Source of the DNA: Gemmatimonadota bacterium
GTDB lineage: Bacteria; Gemmatimonadota; Gemmatimonadetes; Gemmatimonadales; GWC2-71-9
Direction of reading: 5' to 3'
Assembly (NCBI GenBank): GCA_040389605.1
Contig: JAZJZU010000039.1
Coordinates: forward strand, 1 to 56,217
Length of the DNA: 56,217 nt
Shown: piece by piece, positions 9,021-18,255 of the stretch
Layout of the letters: the number at the start of each line of letters is the position of its first letter
Numbering within the stretch: the first letter of the stretch is position 1
Program-made: the position numbers and the translations under genes
Notes under the pieces: generated by a model
Told to the model about the DNA's origin: nothing
What the model saw: only the letters and a program-made list of their open reading frames with translations
The model's database searches: none

Positions 9021-9046
9021 AACTGCTCGGAATCGGAGTGAGGTGT

Positions 9047-9364
9047 ATGTCGCTTTCGGATGCACAGCAGCGTGTGGATCGCTGGATCTCGCAGTTCGAG
9101 GAGGGTTATTTTCATCCCCTCACCAATATGGCGCGGCTCAGCGAAGAAGTCGGCGAGCTCGCGCGCGAGGTGAATCATCGCTTTGGCCAGAAGACCAAGA
9201 AGCCCGAAGAGGCCGAAGGCGAGCTGGGGATGGAGATGGCCGACATCCTCTTTGTCCTGATCTGTATGGCGAATCGGGAAGGGATCAACCTGGACGAGGC
9301 ATTTGATCGAATGATGCAGAAGGTGGAACATCGCGACGCTGACCGCTGGACGAGGAAGTCATGA
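9047..9364 (+). CDS. MazG-like nucleotide pyrophosphohydrolase (YpjD-type, single domain)
   Basis: MSLSDAQQRVDRWISQFEEGYFHPLTNMARLSEEVGELAREVNHRFG...EMADILFVLICMAN...RDADRWTRK follows the YpjD/MazG-like pattern (EExGE...E..D). The track start 9005 lies inside the heptamer repeat, so the ATG at 9047, preceded by GGAGTGAGG, is preferred. Confidence 0.85.
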   Translation: MSLSDAQQRVDRWISQFEEGYFHPLTNMARLSEEVGELAREVNHRFGQKTKKPEEAEGELGMEMADILFVLICMANREGINLDEAFDRMMQKVEHRDADRWTRKS

Positions 9365-10653
9365 CCTTTCGGACCCTGCTCTACCCGCTCGTTCTCCTCA
9401 CGGGCACCGCGTGCGCACACGCGCAGCTTCCGGCCACCGAACTCTCGGCCCGGATGGAACAGCTCGCCACGGCCGGCGACACGTCGGGGCTCGCATCGCT
9501 TGCCAAGCGGCAATGCAGCGGCAGCAATGCCGACTCCAGCCGGCAGTGCTACGAGAACTACTTCCTGGCACTGGCCAAGGGCGAACGCGTGCGCCTCGCC
9601 CTCGGAGCGCTCGAACGCCTCGGCAAGGAAGATCCGCAGGTAGCACGCGATGGCCACAGCTACACCCACGTCATCGGGATTCGCGCGTGGAAGCCGGGCG
9701 ATGACGTCTCGGCCAAGTTCCGCAGCTGCACCGGGCTCTTTCAGTCGGGCTGCTATCACGGCGTAATCCAGTCGTGGTTCACGCAGTCGGGCACCATCGA
9801 CTCAACCCGGGCCAACGAGCTCTGCAACCTGATCGCACCCGACCCGGCCGATCGCTGGCTCCGATTCCAGTGCGTCCACGGCCTGGGGCACGGCTTCGAG
9901 ATGGTCTGGAACTGGGAGCTTCCCCGCGCCCTGACGGGTTGTGACTGGCTGGTGTCGTCGTGGGACCGGGAATCGTGCTACGGCGGTGCGTTTATGGAGA
10001 ATGCCGTGGCGGCGGCCACCGGGCCGCACCATACCTCTGCGCACGCCCTGCAGGAATCCGCGGCCGACGAGATGAAGGGAATGCAGGGGATGGCGCACGA
10101 GCACGCCCCCGACACCAGGACGATCACGTTCAAGATGCTGGATTCCACCGATGCCCTGTACCCCTGCTCGATCGTCGGGGCGCAGTATCTCCGGTCCTGC
10201 TATGAATTGCAGGGTGGCGTGATCCTCCGGCGAAGCAACCACGACTGGTCGGTTGCAGCGGCGACCTGTGACAAGTCACCCATCGAGGTGCGTTCGGCCT
10301 GCTATCAGAGTATGGGCACAATGACGAGCGGACTCACGGTCGGCGACGACAAGGCCGCGGCCGCCGATTGCGCGCACGGCGACCCGGGATACCAGCCGTT
10401 CTGCTTCTCTGGCGTCGTGAAGAATCGAATCGACGTGACTGCCGACCCGAAAGACGGGATCGCGTTCTGTCGTGAGATTCCCGCTGGGGCCAACCGGACC
10501 CAGTGCTACGTCGCGGTGGGTCAGCAGATTGCCGTCCTGCATTCCGTAGACCTGCCCGCGCGCGCCAAGGCGTGTGCGCTGGCAGGGCGTGAAGGCGAAG
10601 GAGAATGTCGGGTTGGGGCGGCGCTGGACGACGTCGTCAAGCCGACGCCATAG
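9361..10653 (+). CDS. Secreted Cys-pair repeat protein with a His/Met-rich insert (function unknown)
   Basis: 430 aa. Signal peptide MTFRTLLYPLVLLTGTACAHA|Q. The mature part has 18 Cys forming 9 C-x(8-16)-C-[YFVR] pairs. ATGA overlap with the MazG-like stop. Confidence 0.8.
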   Translation: MTFRTLLYPLVLLTGTACAHAQLPATELSARMEQLATAGDTSGLASLAKRQCSGSNADSSRQCYENYFLALAKGERVRLALGALERLGKEDPQVARDGHSYTHVIGIRAWKPGDDVSAKFRSCTGLFQSGCYHGVIQSWFTQSGTIDSTRANELCNLIAPDPADRWLRFQCVHGLGHGFEMVWNWELPRALTGCDWLVSSWDRESCYGGAFMENAVAAATGPHHTSAHALQESAADEMKGMQGMAHEHAPDTRTITFKMLDSTDALYPCSIVGAQYLRSCYELQGGVILRRSNHDWSVAAATCDKSPIEVRSACYQSMGTMTSGLTVGDDKAAAADCAHGDPGYQPFCFSGVVKNRIDVTADPKDGIAFCREIPAGANRTQCYVAVGQQIAVLHSVDLPARAKACALAGREGEGECRVGAALDDVVKPTP

Positions 10654-10674
10654 GCAGCAGGCAATGCGCGAGCG

Positions 10675-11562
10675 CTATTCCCACGCCTCGGGAATGGCGT
10701 CGAGCTCCGCGCGGATCGCGAGATAGCTGTCGTACCGCGCAGCCGCCACTTCTCCCTGATCGATCAGCGCGCGGACAGCACAACCCGGCTCCGTGCGATG
10801 GGTGCAGTCGCCAAAGCGGCACGAGCCGATGCCCGGGAGAAACTCCGGAAAGCAGCGATCGAGTTGATCGCGCTGCAGGGCCCAGACGCCGACTTCGCTG
10901 AACCCAGGTGTATCGACCACGAATCCACCCTGCACCAGTGGAATCATCACGGCAGAGACCGTGGTATGCGTCCCGCGGCGAACCTTGGCCGACACTTCGC
11001 CGACCCGGAGTCCGAGGCCCGGCTCGAGGGCGTTGAGCAGGGATGATTTTCCAGCTCCACTGGGTCCGGTCAGCACCGACACCTTTCCAACCAGCGCCGA
11101 GCGCAGCTCATCGAGACCGTCACCCTGCTTCGCGGCGGTCGAGATCACCGGGTAGCCCGCCGCCGCGAGATGGCGGACCACCGGTTCGCTCGATGCGAGG
11201 TCGGTCTTGTTGACGATGACGGTGGCTGGCAGGTCGTTGGCTTCCGCCACCACCAGGAGCCGATCGATGAGCTGCAGGATTGGCTCGGGGTCGCGCGCCG
11301 CTGTCACCACCAGGACCTGGTCGACGTTTGCTGCCACGGGCCTCGTGCCGCGTCCGTCGGGAACGCGTCGCTCCAGGATGGACGAGCGTGGCGCGACTGC
11401 CTCGATGGCCACGACATCTTCGGTCAGGGTGGCGGCATCGAGCTGCACGCGATCACCCGCCACCGCGCGGTCTTCGGTGCGCTTGGCCTTCCCGCGGAGG
11501 ATCGCGACCCGCTCGATCCCATCGACCAGCACGCGGTAGCTCCCGCCCTCGCGCTCGAGCAC
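10675..11562 (-). CDS. rsgA: Ribosome small-subunit-dependent GTPase A
   Basis: 295 aa. Circularly permuted GTPase order with IVNKTDL (G4) before LTGPSGAGKSSLLNAL (G1). C-terminal zinc knuckle CRFGDCTHRTEPGCAV. Confidence 0.92.
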   Translation of the reverse strand: MLEREGGSYRVLVDGIERVAILRGKAKRTEDRAVAGDRVQLDAATLTEDVVAIEAVAPRSSILERRVPDGRGTRPVAANVDQVLVVTAARDPEPILQLIDRLLVVAEANDLPATVIVNKTDLASSEPVVRHLAAAGYPVISTAAKQGDGLDELRSALVGKVSVLTGPSGAGKSSLLNALEPGLGLRVGEVSAKVRRGTHTTVSAVMIPLVQGGFVVDTPGFSEVGVWALQRDQLDRCFPEFLPGIGSCRFGDCTHRTEPGCAVRALIDQGEVAAARYDSYLAIRAELDAIPEAWE

Positions 11563-11579
11563 GACACCGAGGCCCGGGG

Positions 11580-11897
11580 TCAGAACTCCTCCGGCCTGCC
11601 GGCCGCCACGAGTTCGTCGAGAATGGCCTTCACATCGTAGAGGGAGAGCGCACCGAGCCGTTCCCTCGCATCATCGGGAGTGGCTCCCCATACCAGGTAA
11701 TCCGACTCGAGATGCCCGGAGGGCGCATCGCCCGAAGGAGTCCAGCGCACGAAGAGCAGCGCTCCCCCAAAGCGTCCGCGGTCGTCGGGTACATCGTCGA
11801 TCAGGAGGGCCACGGAGTAGGCCTCGCCATCGCTCCCGGTGAAGGCGGCGGCGCGATCGTGCGCCACCATATATCCGCCGAGGGTGAACTCGCTCAC
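11580..11897 (-). CDS. Hypothetical protein (about 105 aa)
   Basis: Track ORF 11580..11990 overlaps the proline dehydrogenase 3' end. GTG at 11897 gives a GTGA overlap with that gene's stop (VSEFTLGGYMVAHDRAAAF...), and ATG at 11870 is an alternative. No motif recognised. Confidence 0.5.
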   Translation of the reverse strand: MSEFTLGGYMVAHDRAAAFTGSDGEAYSVALLIDDVPDDRGRFGGALLFVRWTPSGDAPSGHLESDYLVWGATPDDARERLGALSLYDVKAILDELVAAGRPEEF

Positions 11898-12826
11898 GAC
11901 CGCCGCATCGCTTCCTTCACAACGTTCCCGAAGATGAACGCGATATTCGCCGGGCGTTCCGCGAGGCGCCGCATCAGGTAGGGGTACCACTGCGTGCCGA
12001 AGGGGATGTAGACCCGGATCCGGTAGCCTTCGCGCACCAGCGCTTCCTGGAGGTCGCGACGCACGCCGTAGAGCATCTGGAACTCGAACCGGTCGCGAGC
12101 GATCCCGTGTTCGGCGACGAACGCCTTGGCCCGGGCAATGATGACTTCATCGTGCGTGGCGATACCGGGATAGTTGCCACGAGTGAGCAGGGCCTCCATC
12201 AGCCGGACGTAGTGCGCATCGACATCGCGCTTGTCGGGATAGGCCACATCGGCCGCTTCGAGATAGGCGCCCTTGCAGAGCCGGACGCGCGCGCCCAGCT
12301 CGATCAGCTGTTCGATGTCCTGGGTGGATCGGCGCAGCGCGGCCTGGATCACCACTCCCGTATGCTTGCCGTAGTCGGCGAACAGCTTCTGTTCGAAGAA
12401 GTCGAGCGTGCGCTGCGTGTAGGCCGACCCCTCCATATCGAGCCGGACGAAGGCACCGACTTGCCGAGCCACATCGAGCACTGCCCGGACATTCTGCTCG
12501 CAGAGGGCTTCGTCGATATCGAGCCCCATCTGGGTCGGCTTCATCGAGGCATTGACCTCGAGGCCTGCGGCCTCCATTGCCCGGAGAATCGTGATGTACA
12601 TATCACGAGCCTGACCGGCCTCGGCGGGGTTGTGCACGCTCTCGCCCAGCAGGTCGAGCGAGACGGTGATGCCCTTCTCCCGCAGTTCCAGCGCGGCCTG
12701 CACCGCGGTCTCGATGGTCTCGCCAGCGACGAACCGGGCCGCGAACTTCTTGGCCAGGCCGTTGCGGCGCACGAAATTGAAGATGGATTGCCGCTGGGAG
12801 AGCCAGAGCAGGGTGGAACGCATCAT
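11894..12826 (-). CDS. Proline dehydrogenase (monofunctional PRODH)
   Basis: 310 aa. The C-terminal FQMLYGVRRDLQEALVREGYRIRVYIPFGTQWYPYLMRRLAERPAN is characteristic of bacterial monofunctional proline dehydrogenases. Confidence 0.88.
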   Translation of the reverse strand: MMRSTLLWLSQRQSIFNFVRRNGLAKKFAARFVAGETIETAVQAALELREKGITVSLDLLGESVHNPAEAGQARDMYITILRAMEAAGLEVNASMKPTQMGLDIDEALCEQNVRAVLDVARQVGAFVRLDMEGSAYTQRTLDFFEQKLFADYGKHTGVVIQAALRRSTQDIEQLIELGARVRLCKGAYLEAADVAYPDKRDVDAHYVRLMEALLTRGNYPGIATHDEVIIARAKAFVAEHGIARDRFEFQMLYGVRRDLQEALVREGYRIRVYIPFGTQWYPYLMRRLAERPANIAFIFGNVVKEAMRRS

Positions 12827-12997
12827 CGCCGTGGTTCACCTGAACAAGGGTTCGAGAAACGCCGCCGGCAGCAGCGCGGATCGGCCGGAATAGTAGCGCC
12901 ACGGGCCCCGGGTTGGGGGGCAGCGCTTGCGCTGAGGAATGCGAGACGCGATGCTCCGGGGCGAGCCCTCGTCGCCCATCCCGCCGGAGCCTGCCAG

Positions 12998-14323
12998 ATG
13001 ACACCACCCACGGACGTCGGGTACGCCAGACGTCTCGGCCTCTTTTCAGCCACGATGATGGTGATCGGCGGCATTATCGGATCTGGCATCTTCCGAAATC
13101 CCGCGGAAGTGGCCCGGATTGTCCGCACTCCGACCCTGGTCTACGTCGCGTGGGGCGCAGGCGCCGTCATCGCCCTGATTGGCGCCTTTGTCTTTGCCGA
13201 GCTGGGCCAGCGCCGCCCGCGCGCCGGTGGTGGCTACGCCTACCTTCGCGAGGCCTTCGGCCCGCTCACCGGGTTCCTCTATGCCTGGGCGCTCCTGCTG
13301 GTGATTGCGACCGGCGCCATCGCGGCCGTCGCGATGACGTTTGCGGGCTACGCCGCGACCCTGCTCGGCTGGCCCGAAGCGTCGCAGCAACCGCTCGCTG
13401 CGGGCGCCATCGTGCTGTTGACCGCCATCAATGTCTGGGGCGTCCGGCCTGCGGCCTGGACCCAGAATCTGTTCACGGTACTGAAACTGGCCGCGATCGC
13501 GACGCTCGTCCTTGCAGCATTCGCAGCGCCGGCCGGGGTGCAGACCGCGCTCGCCGAGCCGACACTCCAACAGTCGGGGATCGTCCTCACCCTGGGTGCC
13601 GCGCTGGTCCCGGTGCTCTTTGCGTTCGGGGGCTGGCAGCAAACCAACTTTGTGGCCGAGGAGATGGTGGCCCCGGAGCGGGACCTGCCCCGGGCCCTGG
13701 TCATCGGCGTGCTGGTGGTCGTCGCGGCTTACCTGCTTGTGAACGTGGCATATCTCCGGTCACTCGGAATCTTCGGGCTGGCTGGCAGCAGCGCTCCGGC
13801 GGCCGAGACGATGGGGGCGATCGCGGGAGAGGCCGGGCGTCGGCTCATCGCGGCGGGCATCGTGGCCTCGACCTTCGGCTTCCTGAACCTGGTGATCCTG
13901 GTCTCCCCCAGGGTCTATCAGGCAATGGCAAAGGATGGACTCTTCTTCGCCTCGTTCGCCCGGCTCCACCCCACCTGGCGAACGCCCGTGGCCGCCATCG
14001 TGCTCCAGGGCGTGTGGGCCATCGGATTGCTCTTTTCCAAGCGATATGGGGAGTTGCTCGACTATGTCGTGTTCGGCGACTGGATCTTCTTTGGGCTCAC
14101 CGCCGCCTCATTGTTTGTGCTTCGCAAGCGTGACGGCGGCGTCGCGGTGAAGGCGGCCACGCCGTTGCACCCCGTCAGCACGCTGCTGTTCATTGCGGCG
14201 GCCGTCTACGTGGTCATCGGATCCGTGGCGTCCAATCCGCACAACGCCATTCGTGGCGCCCTGCTGCTGTTGCTGGGGATTCCCGTTTTCCTCTACTGGC
14301 GCGGTCGCGCCGCCGTGAGCTGA
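12998..14323 (+). CDS. APC-superfamily amino acid permease
   Basis: Internal ATG of track ORF 12107..14323; the upstream part of that ORF is antisense to PRODH. MTPPTDVGYARRLGLFSATMMVIGGIIGSGIF...FAELGQRRPRAGGGYAYL, with about 12 hydrophobic segments. Confidence 0.85.
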   Translation: MTPPTDVGYARRLGLFSATMMVIGGIIGSGIFRNPAEVARIVRTPTLVYVAWGAGAVIALIGAFVFAELGQRRPRAGGGYAYLREAFGPLTGFLYAWALLLVIATGAIAAVAMTFAGYAATLLGWPEASQQPLAAGAIVLLTAINVWGVRPAAWTQNLFTVLKLAAIATLVLAAFAAPAGVQTALAEPTLQQSGIVLTLGAALVPVLFAFGGWQQTNFVAEEMVAPERDLPRALVIGVLVVVAAYLLVNVAYLRSLGIFGLAGSSAPAAETMGAIAGEAGRRLIAAGIVASTFGFLNLVILVSPRVYQAMAKDGLFFASFARLHPTWRTPVAAIVLQGVWAIGLLFSKRYGELLDYVVFGDWIFFGLTAASLFVLRKRDGGVAVKAATPLHPVSTLLFIAAAVYVVIGSVASNPHNAIRGALLLLLGIPVFLYWRGRAAVS

Positions 14324-15721
14324 ATGTTTGAACCACGCACCATCATCGAGCCGTTCCGGATCAAGAGCGTCGAGCCGATCCGCCAGACCACCCCGGCCGA
14401 GCGGGATATCGCGCTCCGGGCCGCCCACTACAATCTCTTCCTGTTGCGAGCCCGTGACGTCCTCATCGACCTGCTGACCGACTCGGGCACGGGAGCGATG
14501 TCATCCCGTCAATGGGGCGGGATGATGGTGGGTGACGAGAGCTACGCCGGAGCCGATTCGTGGTACCGTTTCGAGGCCGCGGTCCAGGGCATCACTCGAC
14601 TTCGCCACGTGATCCCAACCCATCAGGGCCGGGCGGCCGAGCGGATCCTCTTCGGCACCGCGGTCCAGGCGGGCGAGATCGTCCCGAACAACACGCACTT
14701 CGACACCACACGTGCGAACATCGAGGCGCGCGGCGCCACGGCACTCGACCTGCCGAGTGTGCAGGGGCGTGACCCCGCGGTATCCCATCCGTTCAAGGGC
14801 GATATGGACCTCGAGGCGCTCGAGCGCGTGCTCCAAGAGAACCCGGGACGAGTTCCGCTCGTGATGATGACCGTGACGAACAATTCAGGGGGCGGGCAGC
14901 CAGTCTCGCTGGCAAATCTTCGCGGCGCCCGCGCCATCTGCCAGAAGCACGGAATTCCCCTGATCCTCGATGCCTGCCGCTTTGCCGAGAATTCCTGGTT
15001 CATCAAGCAGCGGGAGGCCGGGTGGGCCGACCAGAGCCCGCGCGAGATCGCCACGGCGATGTTTGCCGAAGTCGACGGCGCCACGATGAGTGCCAAGAAG
15101 GACGGGATGGCGAACATCGGCGGATTCCTCGCGCTCAATGACGACGATCTCGCGCAACGCTGCCGGAACAACCTGATCCTGACCGAAGGATTCGTCACCT
15201 ATGGCGGACTGGCGGGATACGATCTCGAGGCAATCGCGATCGGACTGGAAGAGGCGCTGGATGAGGATTACCTGCGCTACCGGATCCGGTCGGTGGAATA
15301 CCTCGCCGAACGGCTCGCCCGGGCCGGTGTCCCGATGGTCACGCCCGCTGGAGGCCACGCGCTCTACATCGATGCGAAGGCGATGCTGCCGGGCATTCCG
15401 CAGGGCGAATATCCCGCGTGGGCGCTCTCCTGCGCGCTCTACCTGGTGGGCGGAATCCGCTCGGTCGAGATCGGCACGGTGATGTTCGGTCAGCAACCCG
15501 ATGGCAGCGAACGACCCGCCGCAATGGAGCTCGTGCGGCTGGCATTCCCGCGTCGCGTCTATACTCAGAGTCACGTGGACTATCTGGCTGAGGTGCTGCT
15601 CTACGTCTATGAACGACGCGATCAGGTGCGCGGCGTGCGGATCGTGGAACAGCCGAGTGCACTCCGGCATTTCACGGCTCGATTCGAACCCGCGCACGGA
15701 ACCGTGTTCCCGGGTCCGTGA
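14324..15721 (+). CDS. tnaA: Tryptophanase / beta-eliminating lyase (PLP-dependent)
   Basis: 465 aa. EPFRIKSVEPI, IDLLTDSGTGAMS, IPTHQGRAAE, NNTHFDTT, GGGQPVSLANL, RFAENSWFIKQREA, PLP-lysine motif SAKKDGMANIGG, and RHFTARF at the C-terminus. It resembles TnaA more than tyrosine phenol-lyase, but substrate cannot be settled by eye. The ATG immediately follows the permease stop (TGAATG). Confidence 0.88.
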   Translation: MFEPRTIIEPFRIKSVEPIRQTTPAERDIALRAAHYNLFLLRARDVLIDLLTDSGTGAMSSRQWGGMMVGDESYAGADSWYRFEAAVQGITRLRHVIPTHQGRAAERILFGTAVQAGEIVPNNTHFDTTRANIEARGATALDLPSVQGRDPAVSHPFKGDMDLEALERVLQENPGRVPLVMMTVTNNSGGGQPVSLANLRGARAICQKHGIPLILDACRFAENSWFIKQREAGWADQSPREIATAMFAEVDGATMSAKKDGMANIGGFLALNDDDLAQRCRNNLILTEGFVTYGGLAGYDLEAIAIGLEEALDEDYLRYRIRSVEYLAERLARAGVPMVTPAGGHALYIDAKAMLPGIPQGEYPAWALSCALYLVGGIRSVEIGTVMFGQQPDGSERPAAMELVRLAFPRRVYTQSHVDYLAEVLLYVYERRDQVRGVRIVEQPSALRHFTARFEPAHGTVFPGP

Positions 15722-18255
15722 TGGAGGCACCGATGCGCGTGCGCGCCGCGCTGGCGGCGGGATGCGGGTATGTGGCGCTGTATGCCGCTGCAGTCACGCT
15801 GCCCGACGTCGTTGGACCAGCGGTGAGCGGACTGGTTCGACACGAGCTCGCGTATCTCCCGCTGGTCGCCCTCAGCATCGGAATGTTTGTCCGGGCGGCG
15901 CGCGCGCCGCAGCAGGATCCTGCAAGTCGCCGAGCACTCTGGACGCTGGTGATGGCCCAGGTGGCGCTCGCGGCCGGAATGGCGCTGTATCTCTACCTGC
16001 ATCGCGTGGCGGGGGTTCCGGAGGGCATCGCGAACATCGGCGACCCGGTCTACATCGCTGGCTATCTCATTCTCGCCGCGGGACTCTGGGGCTTTCCCCG
16101 CCGCCAGGCCGGCGCACTGCAACGCTGGAAACTCGGACTCGACAGCATTACGGCACTGGTGGCTGCGGCCACCCTGGTCTGGCTCTTTGTCATCGGGCCC
16201 ACGATCGAGACTCCGAAGTCGCTGCCCGACCTCGTCGTGACCGTGCTCTATCCGCTGCTCGATCTGGGCCTCCTGCTCACCCTCAATACCATCATTCTTG
16301 CCGGCGGGCCCGCCACGCAGCGCGCGCCGTTCCGCGTGCTCGGCCTCGCGGTCGTGGTCTACGTCATTGCCGACTCGCTGTATCAGCTGGCGTACTACGG
16401 ACCGGGCCGTGGCTACCTCGATGGCATATCGGAATTTCTCTATGCCGCGGCGTACCTGCTCCTCGCCGTGGCGGGCTGGCGCTATTACTACCCCGACAGC
16501 GCGCAGGAGGCCCGGGTCGCCCCGAGCACCGCGGTGTCCTTCTCCCCGCTCCCCTTGCTTGCGACGGGAGCCGTCACGCTCGTGCTGCTGGTGGAGTCGG
16601 TGCGCCAGTGGAGCGCCCTGCCGGCGTCGCTTGCGCTCGCCGTGATCGGGCTGACCATCCTGCTGATGATTCGGCAGGGACTCACGGCCCGCGAGAACAG
16701 GGTGCTCCTCGCCGAGCAGGCGGAGCGCCGGAGTGAGGCCCGTGTGGCGGCACTGGTGCGTCACGCCTCCGACCTGCTGCTCGTGTGTGACAGCAGACTC
16801 ACCATCACCTTTGCGTCGCCAAGCGCGGCGCCAATACTCGGCACTTCTGCGACCACCCTGGTGGGGCAATCTCTCGCCGAGCACGTGCATCCCGAGGATC
16901 TTGGCGGGGTGCCACTGCTGCTCCAGCGACTCGAAACCGCCCACGGCCCGCTGACACTCACCTGGCGGATGCGGCACGCCGATGGCAATTGGCGGCCAAT
17001 GGAGACGGTTGCGACTGACCTCCGCGGCGAACCTGGCGTCGGGGGCATTGTCCTTGCCGCGCGGGATCATACCGAGCGCACTCATCTCGAAACGCAACTT
17101 CGCCAGGCCCAGAAGATGGAAGTCGTCGGCCGGCTGGCGGGAGGCGTCGCGCACGACTTCAATAACCTGCTGACGACAATGCTGGCATCGACGGAAATCC
17201 TGCTCGATCAGTCGCACGAGCACGATCCCGGTCACGAATATCTCCTCACCATTCGCCAGGCCGCTGCCAGGGCGGCGGGCCTGACCGGCCAGTTGCTCGC
17301 TTTCTCCCGTCAGCAGGTCCTGGCCCCGCGACCAGTGGAAATCGAGCCACTCGTGCGCGAGACCCTGCGGATGTATGAGCGACTGGCCGAAAGCGCGGTG
17401 AAGGTTGAACTGCGGGTCGAGGGCGCGCTTCCCCGGGTCCTCGGCGATCCCACGCAACTCACGCAAGTGATCCTCAACCTCGCACTAAATGCCCGCGACG
17501 CGATGCCGCGGGGCGGCACGATGTCGATCGTGCTCTCATACGCCACGCTCACCGAACCGCTGGCTTCCCCCTACCTTTCTGCCGCACCGGGTGAATACGT
17601 CACCTTTGCGGTGACCGACACCGGGGCCGGAATGGACGACGCCACGCGTGCGCGACTCTTCGAGCCGTTCTTCACCACCAAGCCGGCGGGCAAGGGCACT
17701 GGGCTCGGACTCGCCACGACACTCAGCATCCTGGAACAACACCGGGGCGGCATCACGGTGGAAGCCGTTGCGACCGGCGGGACCCGGATGACGGCCTGGC
17801 TCCCCGCGACCGAGCGAGCCGCGTCGGATGCATCCGCCCCTGCCCCGCAGGCCCGCACTGCGGCCCCTGCAGGCCGGGAGAGGATCCTGCTCGTCGAAGA
17901 CGAGGCGGCGCTGCGCGACGTGGGCCGCCGGATTCTCGAGCGCCTCGGATACCACGTCGAAACTGCGGCCGATGCCGAGCAGGCGCGTCGCGCCATTGAC
18001 GTGGGTGGACCGCCGGCCCTGTTGCTCACCGATGTGATCATGCCAGGGGAAAGCGGCCCTCAGCTCGCAAACGCGATGCTCCGGTTGCACCCCAGGATGC
18101 GAGTCCTGTTCATCTCGGGATATACCGGGGACGAATTGCACCAGTTCGGGCTTCGCGGTGGCGAACTCGCCTTCCTGCAGAAGCCCTTCACGCCGCGTGA
18201 ACTCGCGGACAGCGTTCGGGAGGTGCTCGATGCGCCGTGGCTTCCATCCGTGTAG
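15718..18255 (+). CDS. Hybrid sensor histidine kinase/response regulator with a polytopic membrane N-terminal sensor region and a PAS-like segment
   Basis: 845 aa. About 300-350 aa N-terminal region with multiple hydrophobic helices. H-box [12 protein letters not shown]-box [12 protein letters not shown]-boxes DTGAGM and [10 protein letters not shown]-terminal receiver ILLVEDE...[10 protein letters not shown]...LQKPF. The start (GTG 15718 or ATG 15721) overlaps the tnaA stop. Confidence 0.9.
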   Translation: MMEAPMRVRAALAAGCGYVALYAAAVTLPDVVGPAVSGLVRHELAYLPLVALSIGMFVRAARAPQQDPASRRALWTLVMAQVALAAGMALYLYLHRVAGVPEGIANIGDPVYIAGYLILAAGLWGFPRRQAGALQRWKLGLDSITALVAAATLVWLFVIGPTIETPKSLPDLVVTVLYPLLDLGLLLTLNTIILAGGPATQRAPFRVLGLAVVVYVIADSLYQLAYYGPGRGYLDGISEFLYAAAYLLLAVAGWRYYYPDSAQEARVAPSTAVSFSPLPLLATGAVTLVLLVESVRQWSALPASLALAVIGLTILLMIRQGLTARENRVLLAEQAERRSEARVAALVRHASDLLLVCDSRLTITFASPSAAPILGTSATTLVGQSLAEHVHPEDLGGVPLLLQRLETAHGPLTLTWRMRHADGNWRPMETVATDLRGEPGVGGIVLAARDHTERTHLETQLRQAQKMEVVGRLAGGVAHDFNNLLTTMLASTEILLDQSHEHDPGHEYLLTIRQAAARAAGLTGQLLAFSRQQVLAPRPVEIEPLVRETLRMYERLAESAVKVELRVEGALPRVLGDPTQLTQVILNLALNARDAMPRGGTMSIVLSYATLTEPLASPYLSAAPGEYVTFAVTDTGAGMDDATRARLFEPFFTTKPAGKGTGLGLATTLSILEQHRGGITVEAVATGGTRMTAWLPATERAASDASAPAPQARTAAPAGRERILLVEDEAALRDVGRRILERLGYHVETAADAEQARRAIDVGGPPALLLTDVIMPGESGPQLANAMLRLHPRMRVLFISGYTGDELHQFGLRGGELAFLQKPFTPRELADSVREVLDAPWLPSV

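Noticed and set aside
7662-9065. 467-aa minus-strand ORF spanning the end of the second PilX-like gene, the intergenic hairpin and the whole PfpI-like gene
   Set aside because: It is antisense to two genes with clear family motifs. Its composition (Arg/Gly/His/Asp-rich, no recognisable motif) is typical of the stop-poor antisense frames of GC-rich DNA. It also crosses a non-coding gap and the heptamer repeat.
12107-12997. 5' extension of the permease ORF, which would give a 738-aa protein
   Set aside because: The extension is antisense to the well-supported proline dehydrogenase and has no membrane character. The permease-like sequence begins at ATG 12998.
15622-17466. 614-aa minus-strand ORF
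   Set aside because: It is antisense to the hybrid histidine kinase, whose H, N, G boxes and receiver domain are clear, and it has no motifs of its own.
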